Below are positions 56,861 through 63,855 of a stretch of 64,000 bases of DNA, piece by piece. Source of the DNA: Escherichia phage vB_Ec-G1. Location: sequence record PQ433349.1; one strand, given 5' to 3'. Each line of letters begins with the position of its first letter. Positions within the stretch are counted from its first letter, which is position 1. The notes beneath the pieces were generated by a model. The model was not told where the DNA came from. It searched no databases and saw only the letters and a program-made list of their open reading frames with translations. The translations under genes were made by a program, and so were the position numbers.

Positions 56861-57097
56861 ATTTAAAGAATGACGCGCAGGGGCGGTGTTTGTCTCGCGC
56901 TCCCGTGTCCCCTCGCCATGTAATAAGAATAACAGATCCAGCCAGGAAAGCAAGCGATTATTTTATCTTTACATTTCTTTACAAATATATAGCGCCCAGC
57001 CTACCGGCGATCAACCTTCCAACCAGTGCCCCCTGGTATGTTAGCCCCGCCTTTACGCCGTGGGGTGGCGCTTCCTCTTCTGTATGTAAAACAGTAT

Positions 57098-57135
57098 AAG
57101 CCCGATCCCTGGGCTTGTCAAGATTATTTTTTGTT
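57098..57135. terminator. stem-loop with T-run
   Basis: aagcccgatccctgggctt hairpin then ttattttttgtttt on plus strand; also just past stop of minus gene. Confidence 0.4.
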
Positions 57136-57390
57136 TTCTTGCCAGGATAGGACACCTAACCAAAAATATATATCGCCCCGCGCCCCTGGTGGTATCTTGC
57201 TTTCCCCGCCGCCACTGCAAGCCCATAGATAACCATTTGCGAACGTATCAAAATGATCTATCTCTTCCACCTTATGATCGCCCAGGTTGAGAACGGTTTC
57301 AACCTTTAAGCCCGTTGCGCTTGCTACCTGGTGCACCGTGCCGCCTTGCCAGCCCAATGAGTGCATAAGGTGTAATGTAGTATTTGTCAT
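57124..57390 (-). CDS. hypothetical protein in GC-rich island
   Basis: Track ORF 88 aa; codon usage unlike rest of window. Confidence 0.45.
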   Translation of the reverse strand: MTNTTLHLMHSLGWQGGTVHQVASATGLKVETVLNLGDHKVEEIDHFDTFANGYLWACSGGGESKIPPGARGDIYFWLGVLSWQENKK

Positions 57391-57499
57391 GGTATCGCCC
57401 TTTCTTTGATGTGCGCCCTGGTTGGCGCGGTAGAAAGATGATAGCCCTTTCTTTTATATATAGCAAGCAAAAAGAAAATAAAAAAGATTGAAAAAGTGA

Positions 57500-57556
57500 T
57501 TGACGTTCGCCAGGTGGCGGCATAATATTTACCACGTAGGGCGGCAATGGTGCCGC
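57500..57556 (+). promoter_or_regulatory. promoter plus leader hairpin cassette A
   Basis: TTGACG-17-TAATAT, then ccacgtagggcggcaatggtgccgc hairpin. Confidence 0.6.
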
Positions 57557-57577
57557 TCATTATTTGGAGTTAAAATC

Positions 57578-57775
57578 ATGGCAACATTGCACATTGTGGC
57601 GAAAGCTGGACAAATAAACGTGGTAGTAAACGGTTTTACTGAGTTCAGTCATCCCCAGGATGATCATGAAACGGTTTTATCTTTCATTGATTCACTGTTA
57701 GAAATGGGAGTAATTACAGAAGACCAGCACGCTACAAAATGCAAGCGCGTTAATCAAATTGCAGGGATAGAATAA
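57578..57775 (+). CDS. small protein (65 aa)
   Basis: ATG after cassette A and GGAG RBS; internal Met of track ORF. Confidence 0.5.
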   Translation: MATLHIVAKAGQINVVVNGFTEFSHPQDDHETVLSFIDSLLEMGVITEDQHATKCKRVNQIAGIE

Positions 57776-57781
57776 AAAGTA

Positions 57782-57842
57782 TTGACAACAAACAACAACC
57801 TGATAAGATGTATCACATAGGGCGGCGGAATGGTCCAGCCGC
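57782..57842 (+). promoter_or_regulatory. promoter plus leader hairpin cassette B
   Basis: TTGACA-16-TAAGAT (TG upstream), then tcacatagggcggcggaatggtccagccgc. Confidence 0.6.
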
Positions 57843-57867
57843 TCACAACAGAAGAGAGATTATAATC

Positions 57868-58140
57868 ATGGCATCATATAGCGCAACAATGATCGTAGCT
57901 GGCACCACTGGTAAACCTATGCGCGGTGGCGGATCTTTCGCTAATATCAATATTGACGGGCGTTTATCCCTGGACGCAGCGATCACCGTGGCGCGGGAAA
58001 CATTTAAGAAAGAATGTAAATTCAATAAACAAGATTATCTCGGTTTCGCTATTGAAAAAACCGCGCGTTTTGTTGATTATAAAAGCCCAAAAATGGTTGA
58101 TACTACACTAAAAGCGCAAGATGTAGCGTTTTTGCTTTAA
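57868..58140 (+). CDS. small protein (90 aa)
   Basis: ATG after cassette B and AGAGAG RBS. Confidence 0.5.
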   Translation: MASYSATMIVAGTTGKPMRGGGSFANINIDGRLSLDAAITVARETFKKECKFNKQDYLGFAIEKTARFVDYKSPKMVDTTLKAQDVAFLL

Positions 58141-58143
58141 GGC

Positions 58144-58199
58144 TTGACATTAACGAATAATTTGTTAATATGTTACATAAAGCGGGAATAGTTCCCGCT
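58144..58199 (+). promoter_or_regulatory. promoter plus leader hairpin cassette C
   Basis: TTGACA-17-TAATAT, hairpin agcgggaatagttcccgct. Confidence 0.55.
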
Positions 58200-58216
58200 A
58201 TTTGTAAGGTGGTAGA

Positions 58217-58474
58217 ATGTTTTACATCAAATTAAAAGGTCACGTGATCGCGTTCAAAGATAACGCTTTTTACAGATTAGCAAAATATGCGTTAATACAT
58301 CCCCACTATGTTTATATAAGGGGGCGTGATGAAATAAATATCTTTGATCAAACAACATGCGAGAACATCGAGATCCGCAAGGTTGGCGTACGTGATTATC
58401 GTACATCTTTCTACCCTTGCAAGGATTCAGCAAGTCTTTTTAAAGTATGCCAATTGTTGAAAAAAGGTGGTTAA
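58217..58474 (+). CDS. small protein (85 aa)
   Basis: Track ORF; AAGGTGG RBS. Confidence 0.5.
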   Translation: MFYIKLKGHVIAFKDNAFYRLAKYALIHPHYVYIRGRDEINIFDQTTCENIEIRKVGVRDYRTSFYPCKDSASLFKVCQLLKKGG

Positions 58475-58475
58475 T

Positions 58476-59033
58476 ATGGGCCGCGAATATGTGATCCAGT
58501 CTTGGGTAAAACATGAAGCAGATGATCCGCGCATCATTCCCGATCATCTTATCGATGAATCCACGGGATATAGCGGTGAGCAAATAGGTAACAGATTAGC
58601 ACGTAGTAACGGCAACGTAAAAGCGCGTTATGTGCGCCCTGGTTGGCTGGCAAATGGTAACGCTGATTTATCCAGTGCGGAAGATGCGAGCGACGGCGCG
58701 AAAGATAATCCTTTGTACAAAGTTGATCCGGCTTTTCGTGTCCTGGATGAATACCCCAGCAAGATAGCGGCGCTCGATCAGGCCCTGGAAAGTAAGCGCA
58801 TCACCTGGACCGCTTACAACATGGCAAAAAACGTACTTGATGGTAAATTGATTCAAGCTGAAAGAAAATTAGCCAAAATTGCAGCCATAGCCCAGGAGGA
58901 AGACGAGGAGACAACGGAAGAGGAAGAGTACGAAGAGATCCCGCCGTTGTTGTGTGTTGATGCTTTTCCTGATTATCAGCCGACAGAGGAAGAAAAAAGG
59001 ATCGCACTAGAAAACTTTGAAAATAGTCTTTGA
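58476..59033 (+). CDS. hypothetical protein with acidic C-terminal region
   Basis: Internal Met of track ORF 58467..59033; no own cassette, likely co-transcribed. Confidence 0.5.
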   Translation: MGREYVIQSWVKHEADDPRIIPDHLIDESTGYSGEQIGNRLARSNGNVKARYVRPGWLANGNADLSSAEDASDGAKDNPLYKVDPAFRVLDEYPSKIAALDQALESKRITWTAYNMAKNVLDGKLIQAERKLAKIAAIAQEEDEETTEEEEYEEIPPLLCVDAFPDYQPTEEEKRIALENFENSL

Positions 59034-59086
59034 CATATCGCCGCCACTGGCATAATATTTACCACGTAGGGCGGCAATGGTGCCGC
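59030..59086 (+). promoter_or_regulatory. promoter plus leader hairpin cassette D
   Basis: TTGACA-17-TAATAT overlapping previous stop; about 45 nt identical to cassette A. Confidence 0.6.
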
Positions 59087-59115
59087 TCATAGTGAAATTA
59101 TGCAAGAGGCTTACA

Positions 59116-59211
59116 ATGATTAATAAAGAAAATAGCTTGACGGTTGGAACGATTAACGCTATCATTCTAGCCGTTCCATTTTGGATTGTAGTAGCGGCTA
59201 TTATTTTCTAA
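59116..59211 (+). CDS. small membrane peptide (31 aa, not in ORF track)
   Basis: ATG after cassette D; single hydrophobic helix. Confidence 0.35.
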   Translation: MINKENSLTVGTINAIILAVPFWIVVAAIIF

Positions 59212-59219
59212 AAATATTC

Positions 59220-59280
59220 TTGACAACGTTTTTTAATCTGATAAGATGTATCACATAGGGCGGCGGAATACTTCCCCGCC
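59220..59280 (+). promoter_or_regulatory. promoter plus leader hairpin cassette E
   Basis: TTGACA-16-TAAGAT, tcacatagggcggcggaatacttccccgcc. Confidence 0.6.
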
Positions 59281-59301
59281 AAAACAAAAAAGGGTAACAC
59301 A

Positions 59302-59664
59302 ATGAGCAAGCAAATCAATACTATCATGTTTAATCTGGTATCTTTCCGCGATGATATGAAAAATTTACCACGTGAAACGGTTGATATTCATGTTTCAGCT
59401 TATCGCGCCCTTATTGACATGTTACCGCTAAAACGTGATCAACATGCCGCTAATATGATGCTTAATGCTATGCTTAAAAAGATGATTCAAACGGATCTTA
59501 CTCTGGCGTATGAGTATCAAGGGCGCTTATATGCGACTTACAACAAAGCGGTACCTGGTCTGGGAAGTACCGAAGAGTTGCACGGCTTAAACCTGGATCA
59601 AAACACTTGGGATAGTATGCGCCGCGTTATGGTATGGGCCGAAAGCGGTAAAATTTACGAATAA
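59302..59664 (+). CDS. hypothetical protein (120 aa)
   Basis: Track ORF after cassette E. Confidence 0.55.
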   Translation: MSKQINTIMFNLVSFRDDMKNLPRETVDIHVSAYRALIDMLPLKRDQHAANMMLNAMLKKMIQTDLTLAYEYQGRLYATYNKAVPGLGSTEELHGLNLDQNTWDSMRRVMVWAESGKIYE

Positions 59665-59670
59665 AAACGG

Positions 59671-59726
59671 TTGACACTGTTTAAACTTCTGGTATAGTTT
59701 ATCACGTAGGGCGGCAATGGTGCCGC
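59671..59726 (+). promoter_or_regulatory. promoter plus leader hairpin cassette F
   Basis: TTGACA-16-TATAGT, tcacgtagggcggcaatggtgccgcc. Confidence 0.6.
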
Positions 59727-59747
59727 CAACAATAAAAGGTTAACATC

Positions 59748-59927
59748 ATGGCTATCATTGCAAAAACTGAGATTATAGGTTTAGATTCGATCCTCCTGGC
59801 TTATGAGGAAACTTTAAAAATGTATGTAGTGACCTATGGTGATTATGTGCGTGAATACGAATACATTGATCTTGCTTTCGAATGTTACATTCGCCAGGTC
59901 AATAAAGCCTATAATGATTATCGTTAA
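59748..59927 (+). CDS. small protein (59 aa, not in ORF track)
   Basis: ATG after cassette F with AAAGG RBS. Confidence 0.45.
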   Translation: MAIIAKTEIIGLDSILLAYEETLKMYVVTYGDYVREYEYIDLAFECYIRQVNKAYNDYR

Positions 59928-59946
59928 AAGTTTTAGTCTTATACTA

Positions 59947-59997
59947 TTGACAATGAGTGATAGTATAAGCATAATAACTTTTATCGGGAATACTTCC
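59947..59997 (+). promoter_or_regulatory. promoter plus leader hairpin cassette F2
   Basis: TTGACA-17-CATAAT flanked by palindrome cttatactat...atagtataag; hairpin gggaatacttccc. Confidence 0.5.
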
Positions 59998-60024
59998 CAC
60001 TAACCAAAAAGAGAGAGTGACACC

Positions 60025-60390
60025 ATGGCTATTAATATCAATGTTTCCGCTTATGCTACCCTGGCTAACACGGCTAAAATTGAATTATCCAGCATTGAGG
60101 CGGTGCATATTAGCGCCCGTCGCTGGTTTCAACGGTCCTACGGTAATACATATTTTTCTTTAATGGTTGACGTTGAGATCGGCGGTAAACTGATCGAGGT
60201 GGTTAACGTTCCGTTTCAATATGGCTATGGTGATCATTTTGATACCGTCGCCCTGGAAGAATTTAGCAAGGTTATTAATATGGAAGGTAAAGAGTTTTCA
60301 CGTGGCGCGTATCTTTCCCGTTTTTGCCGTGATAATGGGATCACTGTATACAGTCATGCAAGCGATGTAAAACGTAAAAAAGATTTATAA
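60025..60390 (+). CDS. hypothetical protein (121 aa)
   Basis: Track ORF; AGAGAG RBS. Confidence 0.55.
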   Translation: MAININVSAYATLANTAKIELSSIEAVHISARRWFQRSYGNTYFSLMVDVEIGGKLIEVVNVPFQYGYGDHFDTVALEEFSKVINMEGKEFSRGAYLSRFCRDNGITVYSHASDVKRKKDL

Positions 60391-60396
60391 AAAGCA

Positions 60397-60456
60397 TTGA
60401 CAGCACGAATAAAAAGAGTAAACTGTATTACATAGAGAGCGGGAATAGTTCCCGCC
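60397..60456 (+). promoter_or_regulatory. promoter plus leader hairpin cassette G
   Basis: TTGACA-16-TAAACT, ttacatagagagcgggaatagttcccgcc. Confidence 0.55.
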
Positions 60457-60479
60457 TCACTGAAAAAGAGAGAAAAATC

Positions 60480-60719
60480 ATGGCTAAATCTAAAATGTAC
60501 AACGGTCACAAAAACAAAACTCATTGGAATGTAAGCCTGTGGATTAATAACGATGAGGGATTGTATCGGTTTGCATTGGGATTGATCAATGAGTGCGGTA
60601 ATAAAGATCAGGCGGCTGATTTAATGTGCTACCGTTTGAAACAGGATGGAATCACTACAACGCCAGACGGCTTTAAGTATAGTAAAACTGCAATCCGCGC
60701 CGCTATGGTTGGAATGTAA
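60480..60719 (+). CDS. small protein (79 aa)
   Basis: Track ORF after cassette G. Confidence 0.5.
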   Translation: MAKSKMYNGHKNKTHWNVSLWINNDEGLYRFALGLINECGNKDQAADLMCYRLKQDGITTTPDGFKYSKTAIRAAMVGM

Positions 60720-60728
60720 TAAAAACAG

Positions 60729-60787
60729 TTGACAACGTTTAAAATTAGTGTAAGATGTATCACATAGGGCGGGAAATGGTTTCCCGC
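60729..60787 (+). promoter_or_regulatory. promoter plus leader hairpin cassette H
   Basis: TTGACA-16-TAAGAT, tcacatagggcgggaaatggtttcccgc. Confidence 0.6.
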
Positions 60788-60813
60788 TCACAACAGAAGA
60801 GAGATTAAAGATT

Positions 60814-61041
60814 ATGGCTATCAATATTGTTCGCGTATCCGGTACCGTTGGTAACTCCCAGGTTGTAGCAGTTATCACAGAGAAGAAAGGGGATGATCTT
60901 CACTCTTCCTTGAATAGCTGGGCGGTCGCTAACTTCGGGCAATGGTCGAGCGTTGAGTACATCGAATCCTACCAGGTGCCGACGATTAGCCTAACCGATC
61001 TCAACGTTGATCGCTTGTTGTGCCTGGATGAATTAATCTGA
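60814..61041 (+). CDS. small protein (75 aa)
   Basis: Track ORF after cassette H. Confidence 0.5.
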   Translation: MAINIVRVSGTVGNSQVVAVITEKKGDDLHSSLNSWAVANFGQWSSVEYIESYQVPTISLTDLNVDRLLCLDELI

Positions 61042-61051
61042 AAAAAGATTA

Positions 61052-61111
61052 TTGACACCGGAAAGAAAAAGAGTAGAATATATTACATAGGGCGGCGGAA
61101 TGGTCCACCGC
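61052..61111 (+). promoter_or_regulatory. promoter plus leader hairpin cassette I
   Basis: TTGACA-16-TAGAAT, ttacatagggcggcggaatggtccaccgc. Confidence 0.6.
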
Positions 61112-61136
61112 TCACAACAGAAGAGAGATTATCACG

Positions 61137-61352
61137 ATGGCTAATATCCGCACTTTACTGAAAAATGCAAGTCAAGTTTTATTTTCAGATGACGAGTATT
61201 TCAATAAAGACATTACAGGCGTGAAAAATTTAAAAGACGTGAAGGATGTTATCGGTATCCGTGGATCTTTACGTAAGGGCGATTACTACGGTAACAAGGT
61301 GCAATATAAACTGTCAAAGGATTACAATTTTACTTTGACAATTATTTCATAA
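61137..61352 (+). CDS. small protein (71 aa)
   Basis: Track ORF after cassette I. Confidence 0.5.
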   Translation: MANIRTLLKNASQVLFSDDEYFNKDITGVKNLKDVKDVIGIRGSLRKGDYYGNKVQYKLSKDYNFTLTIIS

Positions 61353-61358
61353 AACCGC

Positions 61359-61418
61359 TTGCAATACTGCAAAAATAAAGTAAACTATATTCATCAAGGC
61401 GGGGAATGGTCCGCCGCC
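61359..61418 (+). promoter_or_regulatory. promoter plus leader hairpin cassette J
   Basis: TTGCAA-16-TAAACT, hairpin ggcggggaatggtccgccgcc. Confidence 0.5.
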
Positions 61419-61442
61419 TAACAAAGAGAAGAGGAAAACATC

Positions 61443-61610
61443 ATGATCACTTTCGCTACCCGTGAAGCCGCTCGCAACGTTGCACGTAAAGTTAACGCCG
61501 CCAACCTGGGCGCTACGCTTAAAGCCCCGGTGAAAGATGAATCAGGCAAATGGATCTTCCCTGGTCTGCGTCATGCTGACAAGTTAGGTACTTTAAGCCT
61601 TAAAAAATAA
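61443..61610 (+). CDS. small basic protein (55 aa, not in ORF track)
   Basis: ATG after cassette J; first 21 nt identical to start of 61685..61906. Confidence 0.45.
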   Translation: MITFATREAARNVARKVNAANLGATLKAPVKDESGKWIFPGLRHADKLGTLSLKK

Positions 61611-61613
61611 TCG

Positions 61614-61649
61614 TTGACTTTTCGTTATAGCGCCTTACAATGGGCGCTA
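61614..61649 (+). promoter_or_regulatory. promoter-like element with hairpin, cassette K (variant)
   Basis: TTGACT then hairpin tagcgcc ttacaatg ggcgcta; -10 unclear. Confidence 0.35.
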
Positions 61650-61684
61650 TAGAGAAGAGAAACCACTGCTAACAAGGAAACATC

Positions 61685-61906
61685 ATGATCACTTTCGCTA
61701 TTGTCGCCGTTGTCGCTGGTCAGGTTTACGTAAACGATACATTCACCACAGAAGACAAGGCCGCAGGAGACATAACCGCCGTTTACAATGAGTGCAAGGC
61801 AGTAGAAAGGATGTTAGCGCCTTGTATGCTAATGAGTGAACGCCAGGACGGGATAACAGTATTTACTAACATTGAAACAGGGTACCAAATGGTAGTAACA
61901 AAATAA
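61685..61906 (+). CDS. small protein (73 aa)
   Basis: Track ORF; N-terminus MITFA shared with 61443 ORF. Confidence 0.5.
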   Translation: MITFAIVAVVAGQVYVNDTFTTEDKAAGDITAVYNECKAVERMLAPCMLMSERQDGITVFTNIETGYQMVVTK

Positions 61907-61909
61907 AGC

Positions 61910-61965
61910 TTGACACGGATTTAATTTTTAGTAAACTGTTACACGTAGGGCGGGAATAGTTCCCG
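61910..61965 (+). promoter_or_regulatory. promoter plus leader hairpin cassette L
   Basis: TTGACA-16-TAAACT, ttacacgtagggcgggaatagttcccgc. Confidence 0.6.
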
Positions 61966-61985
61966 CTCAAAAAGAGAGAAAGACC

Positions 61986-62339
61986 ATGAAAGCACAAAAT
62001 GCAATTAAAGAGTACATCCTTGCCGCTATCGATTTTAATGATTACGGTATTACAACCGAAAAAGAGAAGATCGCGGAATTGATGCGCCGTTTTAATTCCG
62101 AGTACTGGTACCCTGATAACCAATCACGTTTTAATTATAGTATTGTTAAAGCACTTGCATCATGGTTACAAGGCTTGCCATCAGATATCAATATCGCTTT
62201 CGAATATTGGGAAATTGATCGCCTGTTAACATCCTGGGGATACATTAAAGAGAATAGCAGCGATGATAAAATCCAACGAGAAAGGGAAAATTATTGGCTT
62301 TATATTGCAGGCGTGATCCTTGCTTGCTCTTATGAATGA
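61986..62339 (+). CDS. hypothetical protein (117 aa)
   Basis: Track ORF after cassette L. Confidence 0.55.
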   Translation: MKAQNAIKEYILAAIDFNDYGITTEKEKIAELMRRFNSEYWYPDNQSRFNYSIVKALASWLQGLPSDINIAFEYWEIDRLLTSWGYIKENSSDDKIQRERENYWLYIAGVILACSYE

Positions 62340-62345
62340 TAAACC

Positions 62346-62398
62346 TTGACAATTTTACAAAACAGTTTAAATTAACAATATAGCGGCAATGGTGCCGC
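62346..62398 (+). promoter_or_regulatory. promoter plus leader hairpin cassette M
   Basis: TTGACA, AT-rich -10 region, hairpin gcggcaatggtgccgc. Confidence 0.5.
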
Positions 62399-62418
62399 TC
62401 ATATGAAGAGGAAACAAA

Positions 62419-62565
62419 ATGAATACATCTAATCGCGCAGAAAAAATTCAATCTTCCAAGATCCGCAAGGCCTGGAACGAGGAAGTGATCCGCAAAGGCG
62501 ACAAGCGCAATAAAACAAAGCGCGGGAAGAGTGACAAATATAATTGGATGGATTTAGAGGATTAA
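62419..62565 (+). CDS. small basic protein (48 aa, not in ORF track)
   Basis: ATG after cassette M with GAGGAA RBS; terminator follows. Confidence 0.4.
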   Translation: MNTSNRAEKIQSSKIRKAWNEEVIRKGDKRNKTKRGKSDKYNWMDLED

Positions 62566-62572
62566 CATAACA

Positions 62573-62600
62573 AGGGCGCACCAAGCGCCCTTTCTTTTTA
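62573..62600 (+). terminator. intrinsic terminator
   Basis: agggcgc accaa gcgccct hairpin followed by ttctttttat. Confidence 0.75.
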
Positions 62601-62620
62601 TATACAGAGGATAAACAAAG

Positions 62621-62806
62621 ATGACTTTAAACGAGCTTAAAACAGCCTACAACGCAACATTAAAAATAGCCGTGCGTTACCGTGATGCGTATGGTTTTAT
62701 CGCGCAGGGCGTGATCCTGGGCTTTTCTGACGATGGTTTGATCTATGTTGATGCACATCACAACAAGGTTAAACCTGAAAACGTCATTAACATAAAATAT
62801 CTTTAA
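62621..62806 (+). CDS. small protein (61 aa)
   Basis: Track ORF; GAGGA RBS. Confidence 0.5.
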   Translation: MTLNELKTAYNATLKIAVRYRDAYGFIAQGVILGFSDDGLIYVDAHHNKVKPENVINIKYL

Positions 62807-62812
62807 AAACGG

Positions 62813-62870
62813 TTGACACCATAACCGGACCTGTTAAACTGTATTACATCAGGCGGGGGAATAGTTCCCC
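62813..62870 (+). promoter_or_regulatory. promoter plus leader hairpin cassette N
   Basis: TTGACA-16-TAAACT, ttacatcaggcgggggaatagttcccc. Confidence 0.55.
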
Positions 62871-62892
62871 ACCATACAAAAAGGTAAATATT

Positions 62893-63099
62893 ATGATCAC
62901 CGCAAAACAAGAAAAAATTATTATCGACGTTGCAGCCGTTGCCGCTATTGCTATTATTGGATCTTATTATGATACCCGTTTCCCGTCGGCTATGCATGAG
63001 ATCGCCGCCGTTGCATCAGTTGGCGTGCTGTTTTACGTTGGTAAACGCTATTTATCACCAATGATTAACAAGCTAACACCGTGGAAAAATAAAGGTTGA
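62893..63099 (+). CDS. small membrane protein (68 aa)
   Basis: Track ORF; two hydrophobic helices. Confidence 0.5.
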   Translation: MITAKQEKIIIDVAAVAAIAIIGSYYDTRFPSAMHEIAAVASVGVLFYVGKRYLSPMINKLTPWKNKG

Positions 63100-63150
63100 T
63101 CCTGCTTTATATTGTGTTATAGTTATCGTGTAGGGCGGCAATGGTGCCGC
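63096..63150 (+). promoter_or_regulatory. promoter plus leader hairpin cassette O
   Basis: TTGATC-16-TATAGT, tcgtgtagggcggcaatggtgccgc. Confidence 0.55.
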
Positions 63151-63171
63151 GCCCCCTTTGAGGATGAAATC

Positions 63172-63456
63172 ATGAGTAAAGCTAACACCGTGCTAATGTT
63201 TTCCTTGGTTAATGATGCCGCTTACTTGTCCAACATGACGCAGGAGGGTAACACATTAACGGCAACATTCACCAATAAGCTTAATCGAGTGATCATCATC
63301 TCACTGAAAACAATTAGTAAAGGCGTTTACTCGTTAGCTTATCATTGGATCACTGATACCAACGAGACAAGCCAGGACTATAGCGCCCCTTTCCCTGAAT
63401 CAATGGCACGGGAGATCATCGCCGCCGTTGTAAATGATGGTTTGTTTACTGCATAA
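63172..63456 (+). CDS. hypothetical protein (94 aa)
   Basis: Internal Met of track ORF 63112..63456, after cassette O. Confidence 0.5.
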   Translation: MSKANTVLMFSLVNDAAYLSNMTQEGNTLTATFTNKLNRVIIISLKTISKGVYSLAYHWITDTNETSQDYSAPFPESMAREIIAAVVNDGLFTA

Positions 63457-63474
63457 AATAATTTAGAAAAAGGC

Positions 63475-63530
63475 TTGCAATCATTTTGAGATAGTGTATA
63501 TTTAATTCATAGGGCGGCGGGAATAGTTCC
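63475..63530 (+). promoter_or_regulatory. promoter plus leader hairpin cassette P
   Basis: TTGCAA-16-TATATT, ttcatagggcggcgggaatagttccc. Confidence 0.55.
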
Positions 63531-63554
63531 CAAGGCAAACGAGAGGATTACACG

Positions 63555-63674
63555 ATGAGCAAGTACACAGTAGAATACACGGTACAAAATCCGGCAGTAT
63601 CCGAAGGTAAAAAGATGACATTTGCCATCAGTATAATCGCTTTCGTTGTCACTATCTTATTAATCATCTTATAA
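63555..63674 (+). CDS. small membrane peptide (39 aa, not in ORF track)
   Basis: ATG after cassette P with GAGAGG RBS; C-terminal hydrophobic helix. Confidence 0.4.
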   Translation: MSKYTVEYTVQNPAVSEGKKMTFAISIIAFVVTILLIIL

Positions 63675-63684
63675 GGTGCGTACC

Positions 63685-63846
63685 ATGAAAACAACAGACA
63701 TTATCAAAGAGATCGCCCTTGCCGCTGACGTTGAGATCGAGGAAGTGATCGCGCTCAATCTTACAGAAGAAGACTTGCGCAATTATGAAGCGGAAAGCGT
63801 GAAAGCAAGCGGCGCGGTCCTGGCATATAATCCGGCTAACAAGTAA
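63685..63846 (+). CDS. small acidic protein (53 aa, not in ORF track)
   Basis: AAGGTG RBS then ATG. Confidence 0.4.
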   Translation: MKTTDIIKEIALAADVEIEEVIALNLTEEDLRNYEAESVKASGAVLAYNPANK

Positions 63847-63855
63847 GGGGATAAC

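Noticed and set aside
56890-57232. Two overlapping plus-strand ORFs (69 and 68 aa) in the GC-rich island
   Set aside because: Pro/Ala/Arg-rich translations typical of GC-rich non-coding or antisense sequence, no RBS, and one overlaps the minus-strand gene.
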